This document shows, piece by piece, positions 60,801 to 64,000 of a DNA stretch of 64,000 nucleotides. The notes beneath the pieces were generated by a model. That model ran no database searches. It was given only the letters and a program-made list of their open reading frames with translations, and was not told the DNA's origin. The position numbers were made by a program, and so were the translations under genes. The stretch is taken from NCBI GenBank assembly GCA_026936335.1, contig JAPMXV010000052.1, positions 124,001 through 188,000 of the forward strand, read 5' to 3'. Positions within the stretch are counted from its first letter, which is position 1, and the number at the start of each line of letters is the position of its first letter. This stretch comes from Mantamonas sphyraenae STR306. Lineage: Eukaryota; Protista; CRuMs.

Positions 60801-62891
60801 TGCACTGCTGCTGCTGTCCGACGAGTGCCTGCGAGAGCGTCGCTTCAACGCTGCGCCTCCGCCTCGTCGCAACCCGGTCTGCGGCGACGCCTGCAAGCTC
60901 ACCTCTTCGATGGAACTCGGTTGCCCAAACGCAGCCTCCTCCGACGCCGCTGCCGCCGCCGCTTCCGTCGCCATGCTTCCATCCACAGCACCAAGTGGGT
61001 TGACGAGCACAGTTGAAGCTGATGCCGACGCCGATGCCGATGCCGATGCCGATGCTGACGCCTCAACGTCGCCTGTTCCTGCTCCTGGACTGTGCAACTC
61101 CACGCGTGGCACTTGGATCACGCCCTGAGGCGGCGGTTCAACCGCATCCGATCGCCGCGCAAGGCGATAACCCAATGGGGCATCGTCGTCCTCGTCGTCT
61201 TCGTCCTCCTCACGCCTGCGCATGGGACTCATGCTGCCGCCGCTCATTTGCAGCAGCGGTCTGCCGTCGCTTGCCAGTGGCGGCGTGATGGTGGCTCCTT
61301 CATACAAGCCCGTGTGCTGTTGATGCTGATGTTGTTGCTGCTGCTGCTGTGCCTTTCCCTGTGCCTTTCCCTGTGCCTGTGCCTGTGCCTGTGCTGCTTC
61401 TGCAGCCGCTGCTGCTTCGGACTGTTGCGTTTGCTGAATGGCATCCAACGCAGCCATGCGTTCCAGCTGGTCCACACTCGTGGCCACACTGGTGCGCTTA
61501 AGCGACGATTCCAGAGTCATGTCCTCGTCGTCGTCAAAGATGCGTCCCCCCTTGTGTTGGGACAAGGACACGCTGTGGTCCGCGTCCAGCGCACCACCCC
61601 CCACCACCTGCAACGTGGCCCTGTGTCCTTGTGCCTTCCCATGGCCCTCCTGAGACTGCCATTGAACAACCTCCTCGTCATCCTCTTCGTCCTCCTCATC
61701 CTCCTCCTGGCGCTTGTGCAGTCGTTCTTTCACCTGTGCCTCCACCACCTGCCGTGTCTGGTCACGCAGTTGTTGCCTCAGTGACCCTTCCACAAGTGCA
61801 TGGCCCAACACAGGCTCGGGACCAAACACCCGTTCCCGCAACTCCGCCGGCAATGAGCTCTTTTCCCGTGCGTACGCCTCGCGAATTTGCTCCAGCCAGT
61901 ATTCCTTCTGGTCCTCGTCCATGGCGTCCACTTCCTCCATCATATCCCTCAGTCGGCTTGGTGAGCGTTGCAACGACCGTTGCCTGCGTCCCTCTCTGCC
62001 CTCGCGTCCTCCTCCGCCACCGTTGTTGTCGCCCATGAGCATTCCTGCGTCGCCCTCTCCGTCTGCCCCGATGCCCTCTCCACCCATGCCACCCTCGTCC
62101 TCCTCGTCTTGGTTGTTCACTTTGATGCGTGGCACACCCTTTTTGCCCTTGCGTGCCTTTGCGTCGCCTGCAGACGCGCCCGAGCCCGGTTCTCCCCGTT
62201 GCTGCTCCCGTTCCTGACGCCGCCTCGCCAGGGTCCGTTTGCGCCGTCTGAGCTTGTCCAGTTCGTTCATGTGATCCACAATGCGCCACAGGTTGATGCG
62301 CTCTGCATCCTCGTCTGTGCGTGCACCGGCAATGTGCAGCCACGAAGCCACCTTGAGGCGTGAAACCGTGAGGTCATCGATGCGTCGGCCCGTCTCGCGT
62401 CCTTCAATAACCGCACTGTGAAACGCATCGACAAAGGAGCGTCGTGGAGGACGCATTCCCATCACATTGCCCTTTCCCCGTGCCGCAGGGTGCACCATTG
62501 TGCTGTTGGTGGAGAATTTGGCCAGCCGATCGCTGGTGGTCGGCGCCGGCGAGGCAACGGCGAAAAATCCGGAGCCGTTGTCGCCTGCCACTTGGGTTGG
62601 GGTGGATGCACGCCAACCATTTGCACCGGATGTGGATTTCCCCGATGTGGAAGGTGTCTGGTTGCCCGCACTTTGCATTTCCCGCATCCGTTGCTCGTTG
62701 ATGGCGGCCAACAACGCCTCGGAGTTGCGAAACGACACCGAGCTCAGATTGCTGCCCCTCATCATGGAGGCACGAGAACCCATCCGCTTGCGTGACGACG
62801 ACGACGTCTTTGGTCGTCGTGGTGAGGGTCCTCCTGTACCTGCTCCCCCTCCTGCTCCTCCTCCTCCGCTTCCTCCGGAGCCCGTGTTCAT
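57817..62891 (-). CDS. Large low-complexity protein with a TSNAXIP1 N-terminal-like domain and coiled coil; apparent -1 frame break near 58101
   Basis: YLEQLE...MLIYSTFFDGIISSMKLFGPVLSEIKRFYD matches the recalled TSNAXIP1_N pattern. The main frame stops at 58092, and a coding-like frame continues to 57817. Confidence 0.7.
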
Positions 62892-62992
62892 CTCGTCGCT
62901 GTTTGGTTTCGACGGCGCTGGTTGACCCAAATCTCTGAGTCCAAGCAACAACAACAACCACGTACCTCCACCGACAAGAGTGACCATAGGCG

Positions 62993-64000
62993 ATGACGAC
63001 GCCGGATCTTGTGTCTCTGCTGGTGGGTGGCCTGTACGAAGACCAGGAGGACGAGGAGAAGCGAAAACGGGGTGTGCGGCGTGAGCGAAGCTGCGAGTGG
63101 CCGTTGCTCGGGAACTCGCCCAAACGTCAGCGCGTGGAACGGGCCATGGAGAGGCTACGAGAGCAGGGGAAGCTGGTGGAAGCATGTACAGATAGGATTG
63201 TCCGCGATGAGATGGCATGCAATGCAGTGGGGGGTCCCAATGCAGCGTGCGCGGCGCAAACGAACAAACGGGTCGCGTTGGAGAGCAACACCACGCGTGT
63301 AACCCGCCGCAAGGACACACGTGCAGCCTTTGCACGGCCGGTCACACGGGCGCACCGACGCAAGCATGCCACGGAACTTGAGAGGGGATTGGAGAGTGAC
63401 GAGTGGGAAGATGTGCAGCGTGCGGCGCTGGAGCTGGCGACGTTGTCCAGCTTCTCCTCGCCTTTGTCGCTGGCATCGGCGGAGCACGAGCCGGCCGTGG
63501 CCTCTTCCTCGTCGACCCTGGGACACGACAGCATGGATGGGAGCAAGAAGGGATTCAGGGGGCATGACAAAAGCCGTATGGGCAGTGTCGGTGTGAGAAA
63601 CGATGCAGAACGGGGCAACGCGGAGTTAGGCAGGGGAAATCTGCCCCTTCGCCACCTGACGCTGTTGCGATGTGCGAGTGTGTGCCGCAGCACGGGACGA
63701 AGATGTCTGAAAAAGGCACTTGCACGCAGCAAAGTGTGTCGGGTGCATCGCAGTGTGTACACAGAGGTATCTGCGCCGCTGGAGGAGCACAACATGAATA
63801 GTGTGTTGCCCAGCGAACTGCTCCTCAAGGTGTTTTCCCACCTGGGACTCTACGACCTCTTTCGCTGCCGTCATGTGTGTCGACTCTGGCACCGACTGCT
63901 GGGCAGCGAGGATGGGGATGCAGATGAGATGCAGAGCAGCAGCAGCAGCAGCAGCGACGGCAACAACAGCGGCGGCTGTGGTGGGAGCAAATCCATGCCC
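62993..64000 (+). CDS. F-box protein, 3'-truncated by window end
   Basis: Frame open from ATG 62993 to the window end, so it is absent from the ORF track. F-box VLPSELLLKVFSHLGLYDLFRCRHVCRLWHRL begins near 63800. Confidence 0.85.
   Translation, partial: MTTPDLVSLLVGGLYEDQEDEEKRKRGVRRERSCEWPLLGNSPKRQRVERAMERLREQGKLVEACTDRIVRDEMACNAVGGPNAACAAQTNKRVALESNTTRVTRRKDTRAAFARPVTRAHRRKHATELERGLESDEWEDVQRAALELATLSSFSSPLSLASAEHEPAVASSSSTLGHDSMDGSKKGFRGHDKSRMGSVGVRNDAERGNAELGRGNLPLRHLTLLRCASVCRSTGRRCLKKALARSKVCRVHRSVYTEVSAPLEEHNMNSVLPSELLLKVFSHLGLYDLFRCRHVCRLWHRLLGSEDGDADEMQSSSSSSSDGNNSGGCGGSKSMP

Noticed and set aside
1-64000. Reassignment of TAG or TAA to a sense codon
   Set aside because: Long conserved CDSs read through with no in-frame TAG/TAA. 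The apparent cases, such as Rpn12 near 12910, fall inside introns, and TAA ends two genes.
1-64000. CRISPR arrays, tRNA/rRNA genes, transposons, telomeric repeats, introner-like repeated introns
   Set aside because: Only micro- and minisatellites were seen, and introns share no extended sequence. Small intronic snoRNAs cannot be excluded without a covariance-model search.

Overview
Eukaryotic nuclear DNA from a GC-rich, TpA-poor and very compact protist genome with short GT-AG introns and many CA/GT microsatellites. Ciliary genes (CFAP251, CFAP97D-like, tectonic, TSNAXIP1-domain) indicate a flagellate; the lineage cannot be named from this window. I resolve 31 protein-coding genes, 2 of them truncated at the window edges, in this order: GrpE, LRR+U-box E3, SmD3, UBL, MFSD9-like, NBR1, HSF, Rpn12, PLB1-like, PIP5K, CREST/ceramidase-like, COG2907-like FAD oxidoreductase, CFAP251, RasGAP-5xPH, hypothetical, RIC1, cyclophilin A, LplA, SLX1, Slo-family K+ channel, CFAP97D-like, SMN, RNI-like LRR, TAPT1, LisH-RasGEF, HAUS7, tectonic, two hypotheticals, a TSNAXIP1-domain protein and an F-box protein. 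I see no RNA genes, mobile elements or CRISPR arrays. The main system-level signals are: (i) intergenic gaps usually shorter than introns (17-100 bp), suggesting overlapping or polycistronic transcription; (ii) near-exclusive TGA stops, often in TGAA context, with no TAG; (iii) 6-7 same-direction (-1) reading-frame breaks, each at a C/G run, most likely assembly errors but testable as recoding; (iv) phased A/T tracts and CATG clusters in non-coding DNA. Exon boundaries were read by eye and family calls rest on recalled motifs, not database searches.
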